This document shows positions 20,097 through 31,523 of a DNA stretch of 64,000 nt, piece after piece (positions within the stretch are counted from its first letter, which is position 1; each line of letters begins with the position of its first letter). Where the stretch lies: NCBI GenBank assembly GCA_030829955.1, contig JAURNY010000026.1, positions 516 through 64,515 on the forward strand. Reading direction: 5' to 3'. Source of the DNA: Gammaproteobacteria bacterium (GTDB lineage Bacteria; Pseudomonadota; Gammaproteobacteria; Eutrophobiales; Eutrophobiaceae). A program made the translations under genes and the position numbers. The notes beneath the pieces are model-generated. The model worked only from the letters and a program-made list of their open reading frames with translations. It did not search any database and was not told where the DNA came from.

Positions 20097-22253
20097 CTAT
20101 ATTCTTGTGAGATTGGAAATACTTTTGATTAATCGTGCCTTGCGTAATACCTGAGCAAGATGCTTACGATCGCTGACCTCAATAATAAATTTTAATGAAG
20201 TGTAACGTTCATCACTATCCTGCATATCAACATTTTCAATATTGGCACCGGCATCAGCAATAGCAGCGGCGACAGTCGCCAGAACACCACGTTGATTTTT
20301 GACATTCATACCAATCTTTACCTGAAAATCACGATTAATATTTTTTTCCCATTCTACTTGTATCCATTTTTCATGATGAGCCTGATATTCAGCGATATTT
20401 TTACAGCCCTGTCTATGAACAACGATACCTCTACCTGCGGTTATAAAACCATGGATAGGATCATCAGGTAATGGGTAACAACATTTCGGGAATGTCACGA
20501 CCATTCCTTCAGTTCCTGAAATGGCTAATGGCGTATGATTATATTGCTGTTCAGTTTCTTTTTTATTACTTACAACCTGTTTCAGGTTTTGCATGGATAC
20601 ATATTGTCTTGCAATGATTGGTGCTACACGATTGCCTAAACCGATTTCAACAAATAAATCATCTATCGATGTTAATTTATTATCTTCAAGTAAATGTTTC
20701 ATATTGTCTTCAGCAATATCCTGATAGGAAATACCAAATGGTTCGAGTTCTCGATTAAGTAATCGCTTACCCAGCGATATCGCCTCATTATGTTTAATGC
20801 TTTTCAGGAAATGTCGAATCTGAGCTCTGGCCTTTGCTGAAACAACAAAACTTAACCATGCTGGATTAGGACGGCCACTCTCGGCAGTTATAACTCTTAT
20901 AGTATCACCGTTATTTAAAACTGTAGTTAATGGTGCAAGTTTACGATTAATGCGCACGCCAACACAGTGATTACCAACATCAGTATGAATTGCATAGGCA
21001 AAGTCGATTGCGGTTGCGCCACGCGGAAGTTCAATAATCTTGCCTTTAGGCGTGAATACATATACCTGTTGTGGAAATAAATCGATCTTGACGTTTTCAA
21101 AAAATTCTTTCGGATTACCTGCTGTTTTATTCATTTCGACAATATTACGTAACCATTCTCTGGCGCGACGATGAGCGCCACTACGATCAGAGTTTTTATT
21201 AGCCGTAGATATTTTCTTGCCTTCAGATTTATATAACCAGTGGGCAGCAATACCTACCTCAGCAACATCATTCATTTCTTGTGTTCGTATCTGTATTTCT
21301 ATGGGAACACCATAGGGGCCAAATAAAACAGTATGCAAGGATTGGTAACCATTGGCTTTTGGAATGGCAATGTAATCCTTAAATCTGCCGGGAACGGGCT
21401 TATATAGATTATGTATCGTGCCAACCGTTCGATAACATGTGTCGACTTCATCAACAATGATGCGAAATGCATAAACGTCATACACTTCACTGAATGATAA
21501 ATCCTGATCACGCATCTTTTGGTAGATGCCATATAAATGTTTTTCACGGCCATAAATTCTTCCAGGAATTTTTTCCTGACGCATGCGACGTTTTAATGCA
21601 GTCCGAATTTTGGTAATGATTTCTTTACGGTTTCCTCTGGCTTTATTAATCTGCTCATACAGGATGCGATAACGCATCGGATAAAAAATAGAGAATCCCA
21701 ATTCTTCCAATTCCAGACGAATAGAGTTAACACCTAATCTAAGTGCGATAGGTGCATAGACTTCCAGTGTTTCTCTGGCAATACGTCGGCGTTTATCAGG
21801 TTTTAATACATCAATTGTTCGCATGTTATGCAGTCGATCGGCAAGTTTTACTAAAATAACGCGAATATCCTGACTCATTGCCATCAGCATTTTTCTAAAG
21901 TTACTAGCCTGTGCATCAGCAAAACTTTCAAATTGAATCTTGTCCAGTTTACTTACACCATCAACCAGTTCGGCAACACCCTTGCCAAAACGCCTACGAA
22001 TTTCATCTTTGGCGGTATCAGTGTCTTCGATGACATCATGCAGAATAGCCGCCATAATGGTTTGGTGATCCATATGCATATCACCAAGTATTTTTGCAAC
22101 TTCCAATGGATGATGGATGTATGGCTCGCCGCTTGCTCGTTTTTGCCCTTCGTGTGCCTTGGCGCTAAATTGATAGGCATGCTGTATTTTTTCAACCTGT
22201 TCTGGTTGAAGATAAGTTCCTATCGATTTACTGAGTTCTGCTATCGTTAACAC
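20097..22253 (-). CDS. spoT: Bifunctional (p)ppGpp synthetase/hydrolase
   Basis: HEGQKRASGEPY, LHDVIED, KDYIAIPKANGYQSLHT, TGS and ACT domains; downstream of rpoZ. Confidence 0.97.
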   Translation of the reverse strand: MLTIAELSKSIGTYLQPEQVEKIQHAYQFSAKAHEGQKRASGEPYIHHPLEVAKILGDMHMDHQTIMAAILHDVIEDTDTAKDEIRRRFGKGVAELVDGVSKLDKIQFESFADAQASNFRKMLMAMSQDIRVILVKLADRLHNMRTIDVLKPDKRRRIARETLEVYAPIALRLGVNSIRLELEELGFSIFYPMRYRILYEQINKARGNRKEIITKIRTALKRRMRQEKIPGRIYGREKHLYGIYQKMRDQDLSFSEVYDVYAFRIIVDEVDTCYRTVGTIHNLYKPVPGRFKDYIAIPKANGYQSLHTVLFGPYGVPIEIQIRTQEMNDVAEVGIAAHWLYKSEGKKISTANKNSDRSGAHRRAREWLRNIVEMNKTAGNPKEFFENVKIDLFPQQVYVFTPKGKIIELPRGATAIDFAYAIHTDVGNHCVGVRINRKLAPLTTVLNNGDTIRVITAESGRPNPAWLSFVVSAKARAQIRHFLKSIKHNEAISLGKRLLNRELEPFGISYQDIAEDNMKHLLEDNKLTSIDDLFVEIGLGNRVAPIIARQYVSMQNLKQVVSNKKETEQQYNHTPLAISGTEGMVVTFPKCCYPLPDDPIHGFITAGRGIVVHRQGCKNIAEYQAHHEKWIQVEWEKNINRDFQVKIGMNVKNQRGVLATVAAAIADAGANIENVDMQDSDERYTSLKFIIEVSDRKHLAQVLRKARLIKSISNLTRI

Positions 22254-22313
22254 GAATTATTCCGATCATATTGGATGACCAATAGTGTACAGCAAAGCAG
22301 GTTTAGAAAAAGC

Positions 22314-22336
22314 TCAGGGTGATAACATCACCCTGA
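22314..22336 (-). terminator. Hairpin between rpoZ and spoT (partial terminator)
   Basis: TCAGGGTGAT-AAC-ATCACCCTGA perfect inverted repeat, followed by GCTTTTT on the minus strand. Confidence 0.6.
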
Positions 22337-22345
22337 TTTTATTAA

Positions 22346-22606
22346 CTATTCGTTAGCTGGGAGAACGTAATCTGAATTGTCGAATTCTTCATCGGTATCG
22401 AATTTATTTATGATGTCGATATTGTCATTGGTAACAAGGTTATCTGCAATTTCACGGAGTGCAATTACAGTTGGTTTATCTTTGTTTTCCGGAACCAATG
22501 GTTCAGCACCCATGGCGATTTGGCGCGCGCGTTTTGTTGCCAACGTAACCAACTCATAGCGGTTTTCAACGTATTCTAGGCAGTCTTCTACAGTCAGTCT
22601 GGCCAT
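22346..22606 (-). CDS. rpoZ: RNA polymerase omega subunit
   Basis: [16 protein letters not shown]...KRARQI...[11 protein letters not shown]. Confidence 0.97.
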   Translation of the reverse strand: MARLTVEDCLEYVENRYELVTLATKRARQIAMGAEPLVPENKDKPTVIALREIADNLVTNDNIDIINKFDTDEEFDNSDYVLPANE

Positions 22607-22684
22607 ATGAGTCCTCGATTAACTTATTAAAAAAATTAGAATTTTCGCAATTTCGTGCGAAGAAGGAGAACTATTGTACTGAAA

Positions 22685-23314
22685 TCAGTCTTGATGCGCC
22701 ATGATTTCTGCGACAAATGATTCGTAATAGGTAGATTGTTGGCAGGCGCCCAAATTGGTTGTAGTCACAATTGCCATCAATTCTTTGAATGCCATATCAA
22801 AATCATCATTCACTATAATATAGTCATATTCTTTATAGTGAGAGATTTCGTCTTTCGCTTGTTTCATACGAAAATTAATGGTCTGAGTATCATCATGGCG
22901 ACTGAGTAAACGTTCATGCAAGGCATTATAATTAGGAGGCAAAATAAAAATACCAACTGCGTTTCTTAATACGGATTTAACTTGTCTTGCACCTTGCCAA
23001 TCAATTTCAAGAATAATATTTTGTCCTTGTTGCAATTTATCATCGATAGACTGTCTTGAAGTGCCATAGTAATTGTCGAATACCCTTGCATATTCAAGAA
23101 ATGCATTATGATTGATCATGGCTTTGAACTTTTCTTTTTCAACAAAGAAATAGTCGTGACCATCTTTTTCACCGCTTCTCGGTTTTCGCGTTGTATAAGA
23201 AGTCGAAACAGACAAGTTATGAAGTTTGGCGACTAAAGCCTTAACCAGAGATGTTTTTCCTGCGCCAGATGGTGCGGAGATAATAAATAAACTACCTTTT
23301 TTCTGAATTGCCAT
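22685..23314 (-). CDS. gmk: Guanylate kinase
   Basis: SAPSGAGKTS, TTRKPR.GE, YYGTS, EIDWQGA. Confidence 0.97.
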   Translation of the reverse strand: MAIQKKGSLFIISAPSGAGKTSLVKALVAKLHNLSVSTSYTTRKPRSGEKDGHDYFFVEKEKFKAMINHNAFLEYARVFDNYYGTSRQSIDDKLQQGQNIILEIDWQGARQVKSVLRNAVGIFILPPNYNALHERLLSRHDDTQTINFRMKQAKDEISHYKEYDYIIVNDDFDMAFKELMAIVTTTNLGACQQSTYYESFVAEIMAHQD

Positions 23315-23316
23315 AA

Positions 23317-24183
23317 TTATTCAATATTTTGAATTTGTTCACGCATTTGTTCGATTAATACTTTGAGATCCACAGAGGAATTACTGGTATCCAGATGAGC
23401 TGATTTGGAGCCTAGCGTATTTGCCTCTCGATTCAATTCCTGCATAAGAAAGTCCAGACGCCTGCCAATAGGTCCTGATTGATTCAAGACATGTTCAACT
23501 TCTTCCACATGAGCTTTTAGTCGATCCATCTCTTCAGCTACATCCATTTTTTGTATTAGCAACAATATTTCCTGTTCCAGACGATCATTATCTATTTCAC
23601 TAACTAATTCCTGAATACGCTGTCGATATTTTTCGCGTTGTGCCTCGATAATCTCAGGCATTATGTGATGTACTTTAGAAACGATAGATTTAATTTTCTG
23701 AGTGCGTTCAGTGATCATGTTTTTTATCTTTGCACCTTCACGTTGACGATTGTCGATCACCGCATCCAATGTTGTTTCTATAAGCCCGAGTATTTCTTTG
23801 TTGATAGCATCCAGATCGGGAATTTCTCTATCCATCACGCCGGGCCAGCGTAGTAAATCTACCGGATTAATCGTCGCCGGATTTTTTAATTGTTCATTTG
23901 TTGATTCGACAGCATCTATCAGTTTTTGTAATAGTGTTTGGTTGACAGGCATGTTTTCATTGATAGCTTTATTTAAATCAAGTCTGATATTGCAATCCAC
24001 CTTGCCACGGTTCAGTTTTGCTGAAATACAATCACGTATAGTTTGTTCCAGTGCTCGACATTCTTCCGGCATACGTATCGACATTTCCAGATAACGATGA
24101 TTTACACTGCGAATTTCGCAACTTGCACGTCCGAACTGATTGGTATTTTCTGCGCGACCATAGGCCGTCATGCTTGAGACCAT
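23317..24183 (-). CDS. yicC: YicC/YloC family endoribonuclease
   Basis: SMTAYGR, SVNHRYLE, GRRLDFLMQELNREANT, EQMREQIQNIE. Confidence 0.95.
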   Translation of the reverse strand: MVSSMTAYGRAENTNQFGRASCEIRSVNHRYLEMSIRMPEECRALEQTIRDCISAKLNRGKVDCNIRLDLNKAINENMPVNQTLLQKLIDAVESTNEQLKNPATINPVDLLRWPGVMDREIPDLDAINKEILGLIETTLDAVIDNRQREGAKIKNMITERTQKIKSIVSKVHHIMPEIIEAQREKYRQRIQELVSEIDNDRLEQEILLLIQKMDVAEEMDRLKAHVEEVEHVLNQSGPIGRRLDFLMQELNREANTLGSKSAHLDTSNSSVDLKVLIEQMREQIQNIE

Positions 24184-24286
24184 TGCTTTTCCTATAATTT
24201 GAATAAAGTGCCAATACTATCGTTTAAGAGCATAACTGAAAACACGTAAATTATTTTCTGTATAATGCCAGAATTTTCAGGAGAAG

Positions 24287-25009
24287 ATGATGCGTCCTAG
24301 CAAGCGAAATCCGGATGAATTACGACCGGTGAAGATTACACGCAATTATACTTGTCATGCCGAAGGTTCGGTGTTGATTGAATTTGGTAACACCAAAGTG
24401 ATTTGCAATGCCAGTTTCGATAATACCGTACCAGGTTTTTTACGAGGCAAAGACTCAGGCTGGGTGACTGCAGAATATGGCATGCTTCCCCGTTCTACTA
24501 ATAGTCGTATGCGCCGTGAAGCAACCCAAAGTAAACAGGGCGGACGTACTATGGAGATTCAACGGTTAATAGGTCGTTCACTAAGAGCGATTATTGATCT
24601 GTCGAAACTGGGTGAGAACACAATTATCGTTGATTGTGATGTAATTCAGGCCGATGGTGGAACACGCACCGCATCTATTACAGGTGCGTATGTTGCTGTG
24701 GCTGATGCAATCCAACATGCACTTGATAATAAACTGATTGAACAGAGCCCATTATTAGCCAATGTTGCCTCGGTATCAGTTGGTATTCACCAGCAAACGC
24801 CGATACTGGATTTGGACTACGCGGAAGATTCAACAGCAGAAACTGATATGAATGTAGTGATGAATAGTGATGGTCAGTTTATTGAAGTGCAGGGTACAGC
24901 AGAAGGTCATCCATTTTCAGTCGATGAATTGAATCAGATGTTGGCGTTGGCAAAAAAAGGTATTGAAGAATTATTTACAGCACAGCAGCAGGCATTACAA
25001 AGTAAATGA
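24287..25009 (+). CDS. rph: Ribonuclease PH
   Basis: [41 protein letters not shown]. Confidence 0.97.
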   Translation: MMRPSKRNPDELRPVKITRNYTCHAEGSVLIEFGNTKVICNASFDNTVPGFLRGKDSGWVTAEYGMLPRSTNSRMRREATQSKQGGRTMEIQRLIGRSLRAIIDLSKLGENTIIVDCDVIQADGGTRTASITGAYVAVADAIQHALDNKLIEQSPLLANVASVSVGIHQQTPILDLDYAEDSTAETDMNVVMNSDGQFIEVQGTAEGHPFSVDELNQMLALAKKGIEELFTAQQQALQSK

Positions 25010-25608
25010 GTGATAAGGAAATTGTACTCGCAAGCAATAATGCCGGTAAGGTAAAAGAGATTAATGCCCTACTGGCTTCTCATGAACTAACCGTTATTCC
25101 GCAGCAAGACTTTAATGTAGAAGATGCGATTGAAAACGGCTTGAGTTTTATCGAAAATGCAATTATCAAGGCGAGACACGCTGCGCGCAAGACTTCATTA
25201 CCTTCGATAGCTGATGACTCAGGTCTAGAGGTTGGTGCATTAAACGGTCAGCCCGGTATTTATTCTGCCCGATATGCTGGTGCAGGCGCATCGGATGAAA
25301 CAAACCTGCAAAAACTAATTAATGAAATAAAGAATGTTTCAGAAACAAAGCGTTATGCGCGTTTTGTTTGTGTCATGGTTTATGTCAGGCATGCAAATGA
25401 TCCTGTACCGATTATCAGTCAAGGCTTCTGGGAGGGTGAAATAATTGACGAACCAAGAGGGGAAAACGGTTTTGGTTATGATCCCATATTTTTTTTACCG
25501 GATAGAGGGTGTACGTCAGCTGAACTCGAGTCTAATGTCAAAAATAAATTGAGTCACCGTGGGCAGGCACTACGTGGGCTTGTTTCAGAGATTATTAAAT
25601 TATTGTAG
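25006..25608 (+). CDS. rdgB: dITP/XTP pyrophosphatase
   Basis: [30 protein letters not shown]. Confidence 0.95.
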   Translation: MSDKEIVLASNNAGKVKEINALLASHELTVIPQQDFNVEDAIENGLSFIENAIIKARHAARKTSLPSIADDSGLEVGALNGQPGIYSARYAGAGASDETNLQKLINEIKNVSETKRYARFVCVMVYVRHANDPVPIISQGFWEGEIIDEPRGENGFGYDPIFFLPDRGCTSAELESNVKNKLSHRGQALRGLVSEIIKLL

Positions 25609-25847
25609 AACACCCTCCAAATTCATCCATGAGCTGAGAAAGTTTAAGCAGTGCCGCCTCCGTTCCAATATTCCGTGACCTGCATATTAAGTAGCTTATA
25701 TCGAAAATATGACATGATAGTGAAAGTAATATTGCACTATGATTTTTAATGAATGTCTTGATAATTAAGCGCAAAATAATGCTTTAATGAGATTATCCAC
25801 CATTCATCGGGTCACAATAATGATAATAGCCGGTTCAAATAATCAAA

Positions 25848-26972
25848 ATGCGTGTATTCATCAAAATAATTAGAAGAAAGATCCCATTTGCATTCCAGTT
25901 GACATGTTGTTTAATCATCCTGTCACCTTTCAATACGGTTGCGAATGAAACAATTACACCTGTCAGCGTAGTTACCGCTAAAACTGGAGAAATAAGACAG
26001 GAAGTTCCGCTCATCGGCACGGTTACCAGTCCCAGAATATCCATGATCTCTCCCAAATACGCTGGGTATATTGAAACTATATTTATGGATGAAGGAGACA
26101 TTGTTAAAAAGGGTGATGTATTGCTCTCTCTGGATAAACAACTGGCCAAGATTGAGGTCGCCAGGGTTCAGGCGCAATTGCAAGAGGCATTGGTACAGGT
26201 AAGAGAGTATGAGCGGCAACGGGATGAAGCAGAAGAACTGGTGCGGAAGAAACATATTGCCGCAACTACATTTGAAGGCGCTCAGGCGCAAGTCGATATT
26301 GGTAACGCCGTTGTAAAACGTTTAAGAGCCGAGTTACAGCGGCAACAGGTAATCGTTGAACGACATCATGTCTACGCACCATTTGATGGTGTAGTTGTAC
26401 AAAAGCTGATCGAAATTGGTCAATGGGTCGATAGCAATCGTTCTTTGTACGAACTGGTCGAATTGAATCCCTTACGTATTGAAGTTCCTGTTCCGCAGTT
26501 TTATTTCAATCGTGTTATTGCAAGTACATCAGTAAAGATTCGCTATGACGCAATCCCGGATGAAACGTTCACAGCTTCAATCAGTAAACTGATCCCGGTA
26601 AGTGACAATACGGCAAGAACATTTACTATTTTTATCGAGGTTGATAATGAAAAATTAATGATTACTCCGGGAATGTCAGCACGCGTGATATTGCAAATAG
26701 GTGAAGCTATAAAATCAACATCATTGTTAATCCCCAGGGATGCAATTGTGCAACAGCCTGATGGTAGAAAATCTGTATGGGTGGTGACAGGAGAAAATAA
26801 CGAAATTACTGCAAGACCGGTTGACGTAAAAACCGGAAAAAATGTCAGCAATAATGTTGAAATCACACAAGGTGATTTGACAGATGGTGACGTCATTATT
26901 GTTAAGGGTAATGAGTTATTACAACCCGGGCAAAACGTTAATGTTATTGAAAGTCTGGATTACTCGCTTTAA
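25848..26972 (+). CDS. RND efflux periplasmic adaptor (MFP)
   Basis: EGDIVKKGDVL lipoyl-like motif, APFDGVV, PGMSAR, VKTG. Confidence 0.9.
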   Translation: MRVFIKIIRRKIPFAFQLTCCLIILSPFNTVANETITPVSVVTAKTGEIRQEVPLIGTVTSPRISMISPKYAGYIETIFMDEGDIVKKGDVLLSLDKQLAKIEVARVQAQLQEALVQVREYERQRDEAEELVRKKHIAATTFEGAQAQVDIGNAVVKRLRAELQRQQVIVERHHVYAPFDGVVVQKLIEIGQWVDSNRSLYELVELNPLRIEVPVPQFYFNRVIASTSVKIRYDAIPDETFTASISKLIPVSDNTARTFTIFIEVDNEKLMITPGMSARVILQIGEAIKSTSLLIPRDAIVQQPDGRKSVWVVTGENNEITARPVDVKTGKNVSNNVEITQGDLTDGDVIIVKGNELLQPGQNVNVIESLDYSL

Positions 26973-26977
26973 GTCAT

Positions 26978-29900
26978 ATGTTTCGTTTTGCGATTAATCG
27001 ACCTGTTATTGTTACCGTTGCGATCCTGATCATTTGTTTGTTTGGCGTATTGTCATATTTTCGTGTGCCGGTGCAGATGATTCCAGATCTGGATGCCCGC
27101 GTTATTTCAATCAGAACAATCTGGCCGGGTGCAACGCCGCAGGATATTGAAAAAGAAATCCTGATTGAGCAGGAAGAATATTTAAGGCGAGTTTCCGGAC
27201 TGGAACGCATGATATCGACTGCAAGAACCGGTAGCGCGGAAATAGAGCTGGAATTTCCTTTTAATATTGAAATCAACGACGCCTTATTGCGCGTTAACAA
27301 TGCGATCACGCAAGTGTCCGGCTATCCCGAAAATGTCGATGAACCACGTATTACGTCCAGTTCATTTTCCAGTAATTCATTCATGTATTTCAGTGTTTAT
27401 CCTCTTGAAGGTAATCCAAACAATCTTGATATGACCGGTATGCGTGATTTTCTGGAAGATAATGTGATCACATACCTTGAACGGGTACCCGGTGTTGATT
27501 CGGTGCGATTACGTGGTGGCGAAGAAACCCAGATACGCATTTATGTCGATCCGGTTAAATTAGCAGAACGCGACATTACCCTGATTGATGTCAGAAATGC
27601 GATTCGTGCTCGTAATCGCGATGTATCAGGTGGTGATCTGGATTCAGGTAAGCGACGGTATATTTTACGAACAATAGGTCGTTTCCATGACTTAACTGAC
27701 ATGGAAGATATGGTGATTGCCAGACAAGGAGATGCCTTTGTCAGGCTCAAAGATGTCGGTCACATTCAAAAAGACATCTCCGAAATTCGTTCCATTGTGT
27801 ATAACGATGGAAAACGTGTTGTAAATCTGGCTGTTAAAAGACAAGTGGGAACCAATGTCATTGCAATAAAAGATGCAATGCTAAAAGTGGTAGAGGATTT
27901 AAATGCCGGTTATCTGAAAGATAATGGTATGCAACTTAAATTAATTTCCGAGGATGTGCGTTATGTTGAACAATCAATCAAGGTGGTATCACAAAGTTTA
28001 TTAATAGGTTCGATACTTGCGACATTAATTCTTTTTTTATTTTTGCGTTCAACGTCTGCAACACTGGTCGGTGCAATCGGGATCCCCATTTGTACAGTAG
28101 TAGCATTCTTAGGGTTATTAATCACCGGTAGAACGATAAATGTTATTTCCATGGCGGGTGTTGCCTTTGCCATTGGTATGACGCTTGATAATAGTATTGT
28201 TGTATTGGAAAACATCTACAAACATATGAGTCAGGGAAAAAACCGGATTCAGGCGGCATATGAAGGCGTGAAAGAAGTCTGGCCAGCTGTACTCGCATCA
28301 ACCTTGACAACCGTATTTGTTTTTTTACCCATCGTTTTTATCCAGGAAGAAGCAGGTCAGCTTTATTCGGATGTGGCATTAGCAATCTCTGCGGCTATAT
28401 TAATGTCAATGATTGTTGCTATTACGGTAATTCCCGTCGCATGCAGTCGTTTCTTGACACCTAATAGTAAACCACCTTTACGTTTTGGTTTTTATCGATT
28501 TGGACAAATTATCGGCAAAGGTATTATGTTGTTTGTTGGATGGTTAATTAATGGTTGGTTTAGACGGCTTTTATTAATCACATCAGTTTTTTTCATTACG
28601 TGGTTGATACTGGATCAATTAACGCCAAAAGCCGAATACCTTCCGGAGGGTGAAGAGAAGAAAATTTTTGTGCGCATTTTCCCACCACCCGGTTATAACA
28701 TCGAACAGATGGATCGTATTGCCTTGCGATTGAATGAAATATTTGTACCGCATCTTGGTAAAGATGTTTCTAAATATGATATTGATAGTAATGAAGTGCC
28801 ACCACTGGATTATATCGTGACGTTTGCTTATAACGGTGCAACTGTATCGGTCATCGAGGTTACTTCTCGCCAGCATCTGGATAAATTGACTGACATGACG
28901 CAGGAATTGATAAAAGAATTTCCTGGTGTACTCACATTTGTTTCCAGGGGCAGTATTTTTTCCAGTAATTCCGGTGGTACGCGAAGTATTAATCTGGATA
29001 TCAGTGGTTCCGATCTTGAAGAGTTATATGCCACAGGTTTAAAAGCGTTCATGCGCGCAAAAGAGATATTTGAAAATCCCCGTGTACGGCCGGAGCCTTC
29101 TTCTCTGACATTAGGTCAACCCATGATAGAGATACATCCCGATTGGGAACGCGCTGCAGAATTGGGAATTGATGCAAATGAATTAGGTTACACCATTTGG
29201 GCTTATTCGGATGGGGCCTTTGTCGATGAATATTTCGAGGGTGATAATAAGGTTGATATGTTTCTCTATTCAACACAAGGCGTAATTCAGACACCTGCCG
29301 ATATAGAACATTTGATGTTGTATTCCAAAGAGGGCGGTATGTTGCCTTTATCTGCTGTTGCCAAAGCAGAAGACACGGTTAATACAGAACAGGTAAGACG
29401 TGTTAACAGTCGCCGTACGATTACCTTATCAATTATCCCGCCAGAGGATGTTGCATTGGAAACAGGTGTGGAAGTGGTTAAACGGGATTTAATTGACCAT
29501 ATGCGCACAGAAGGACTGTTAGGCGACAAAATTAATATAGATATCAGTGGTGCTAGTGACAGACTGGATAATACAAGTGATGCCATGCTAACTAATTCTA
29601 TAACGGCGGTCATTATTGCATATCTATTAATGGTGGCGATTTTCTCGCATTGGGGTTATCCATTATTAATTATGACTTCCGTACCGATAGGAATAAGTGG
29701 CGGTGTAGTAGGCCTTTGGCTGATTAATTATTTTGGCGGTAAACTTGAATTAATTGGTTTGCAAAATATTAACCAGCCATTCGACATGATTACTATGTTA
29801 GGTTTTCTGGTATTGATCGGAACAGTCGTCAATAATCCAATATTATTGGTGGAACGTGCCATGACAAATATCAGGGAAAAAGGTATGGCAGTGGCTGATG

Positions 29901-30178
29901 CTATTAGAGAAAGCACAGAGTCCCGTCTCCGACCGATCATGATGTCTATGGTTACAACTATTGCAGGCTTATCGCCTTTGGTCTTTAACCCTGGAGAGGG
30001 TACCGAGCTGTATCGTGGACTGGGCGCTATTGTGTTATTTGGTTTATTATTTTCAACGCTGGTTACTCTTACTTTCATGCCTTGTCTGTTATCAACCGTG
30101 CTTGAATTAAAGTTGCGTTTTGGTGGACTTAACCTTGGTAAAACATCGAAAAAGTTATCGACGTTAATTAACATATAA
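26978..30178 (+). CDS. RND efflux permease (AcrB/AcrD/AcrF family)
   Basis: 1066 aa; WPGATPQDIE, GMTLDNSIVVLEN, GTVVNNPILLV, RLRPIMMS. Confidence 0.93.
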   Translation: MFRFAINRPVIVTVAILIICLFGVLSYFRVPVQMIPDLDARVISIRTIWPGATPQDIEKEILIEQEEYLRRVSGLERMISTARTGSAEIELEFPFNIEINDALLRVNNAITQVSGYPENVDEPRITSSSFSSNSFMYFSVYPLEGNPNNLDMTGMRDFLEDNVITYLERVPGVDSVRLRGGEETQIRIYVDPVKLAERDITLIDVRNAIRARNRDVSGGDLDSGKRRYILRTIGRFHDLTDMEDMVIARQGDAFVRLKDVGHIQKDISEIRSIVYNDGKRVVNLAVKRQVGTNVIAIKDAMLKVVEDLNAGYLKDNGMQLKLISEDVRYVEQSIKVVSQSLLIGSILATLILFLFLRSTSATLVGAIGIPICTVVAFLGLLITGRTINVISMAGVAFAIGMTLDNSIVVLENIYKHMSQGKNRIQAAYEGVKEVWPAVLASTLTTVFVFLPIVFIQEEAGQLYSDVALAISAAILMSMIVAITVIPVACSRFLTPNSKPPLRFGFYRFGQIIGKGIMLFVGWLINGWFRRLLLITSVFFITWLILDQLTPKAEYLPEGEEKKIFVRIFPPPGYNIEQMDRIALRLNEIFVPHLGKDVSKYDIDSNEVPPLDYIVTFAYNGATVSVIEVTSRQHLDKLTDMTQELIKEFPGVLTFVSRGSIFSSNSGGTRSINLDISGSDLEELYATGLKAFMRAKEIFENPRVRPEPSSLTLGQPMIEIHPDWERAAELGIDANELGYTIWAYSDGAFVDEYFEGDNKVDMFLYSTQGVIQTPADIEHLMLYSKEGGMLPLSAVAKAEDTVNTEQVRRVNSRRTITLSIIPPEDVALETGVEVVKRDLIDHMRTEGLLGDKINIDISGASDRLDNTSDAMLTNSITAVIIAYLLMVAIFSHWGYPLLIMTSVPIGISGGVVGLWLINYFGGKLELIGLQNINQPFDMITMLGFLVLIGTVVNNPILLVERAMTNIREKGMAVADAIRESTESRLRPIMMSMVTTIAGLSPLVFNPGEGTELYRGLGAIVLFGLLFSTLVTLTFMPCLLSTVLELKLRFGGLNLGKTSKKLSTLINI

Positions 30179-30180
30179 AT

Positions 30181-31341
30181 ATGCTGAATTTTACCGAGGC
30201 GATTCCACTCTCGTTGTATATACATTTGCCCTGGTGCGTCAAAAAATGTCCTTATTGCGATTTTAACTCGCATGAATTAATCCCTGAGACTGAATTGCAA
30301 AAACAATATATTGATGCAGTCATTCGTGATCTTGAAACAGAATTACCGAATATATGGGGAAGACAAATAATTAGTGTATTTATCGGTGGCGGGACACCAA
30401 GTTTATTCTCTGTTGATGCGATTGATTATTTGTTATCAGCGTGTCGATCCAGATTAAACTTACATCCTCAAATTGAAATGACTATGGAAGCCAATCCCGG
30501 TACGGCAGAAGCAGATAAATTTGACGGCTTTCGTGATATTGGAATTAATCGATTATCGATTGGCGTACAAAGTTTTCAAAATCAATATTTAACGAAACTT
30601 GGTCGTATTCATAATGGCGAAGAAGCTATTGCTGCTATCAATATGGCAAAGGCAGCAGGCTTTATTAATTTCAATATAGACTTAATGTTTGGTTTGCCTG
30701 AGCAAACGCTTGCTGAAGCGTTATCTGATTTACAACAGGCCATTGCTCTAACACCAACACATATTTCTTGGTATCAGTTAACTATTGAGCCTAATACTTT
30801 CTTCCATAGCAGACCACCATCATTGCCTGATGAAGATTATATTTATGAAATGCAGAAGGCAGGACAGGAAATGCTTGCTCATTTTGGTTATCAGCAGTAT
30901 GAAATTTCTGCCTATGCGAAAGATAACAACCGCTGCGAACATAATCTGAATTATTGGGAATTTGGTGATTATCTTGGTATCGGCGCAGGTGCACATGGCA
31001 AGTTGACTATGGTTTCGGATAATAAAGTCTTAAGGACGAATAAGCATAAACTTCCTAAACGTTATATTGAGTTGGCGGGTCAGGAAACGGTCAGGTCGCA
31101 AACGAATGTGACAAAGCAGGATATCGCATTTGAATTCATGTTGAATGCAATGAGATTAAAAGCAGGTGTTTCTTCTTCATTATTCAGAGAAAGAACCGGC
31201 TTGCCATTAAGCGTTATAGATCGGGAAATGAATGAGGCCGAGAGTAAAAACTGGCTAGAATGTAATATACATACAATTAAGCCGACGGCTAAAGGACAAC
31301 GATACTTAAATGATTTATTAGAATTGTTTTTACCCGAATGA
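30181..31341 (+). CDS. hemW: Radical SAM heme chaperone HemW
   Basis: YIHLPWCVKKCPYCDFNSH, GGGTPS, HNLNYW, GAGAHGK. Confidence 0.95.
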   Translation: MLNFTEAIPLSLYIHLPWCVKKCPYCDFNSHELIPETELQKQYIDAVIRDLETELPNIWGRQIISVFIGGGTPSLFSVDAIDYLLSACRSRLNLHPQIEMTMEANPGTAEADKFDGFRDIGINRLSIGVQSFQNQYLTKLGRIHNGEEAIAAINMAKAAGFINFNIDLMFGLPEQTLAEALSDLQQAIALTPTHISWYQLTIEPNTFFHSRPPSLPDEDYIYEMQKAGQEMLAHFGYQQYEISAYAKDNNRCEHNLNYWEFGDYLGIGAGAHGKLTMVSDNKVLRTNKHKLPKRYIELAGQETVRSQTNVTKQDIAFEFMLNAMRLKAGVSSSLFRERTGLPLSVIDREMNEAESKNWLECNIHTIKPTAKGQRYLNDLLELFLPE

Positions 31342-31523
31342 GTTAATGTGCTGTTTACATACTGCGATGTTCATACTATAGCTTATATACAGGCATTACT
31401 ACCGATGTAGTTAGGTTTTTTTATTGCCAATACTAGCAAATTTTCTATGCCAATTAGCATGTATTCTTAAGGTAGATTCTAGTAAAAATCACTTAACTAT
31501 ATGCTTAATAATATGTTCATTTT

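Noticed and set aside
29728-30273. Antisense ORFs in the track (e.g. 29728-30273, 13018-13335, 9454-9834, 37970-38353)
   Set aside because: Shadows of well-supported genes on the opposite strand, with no recognisable motifs
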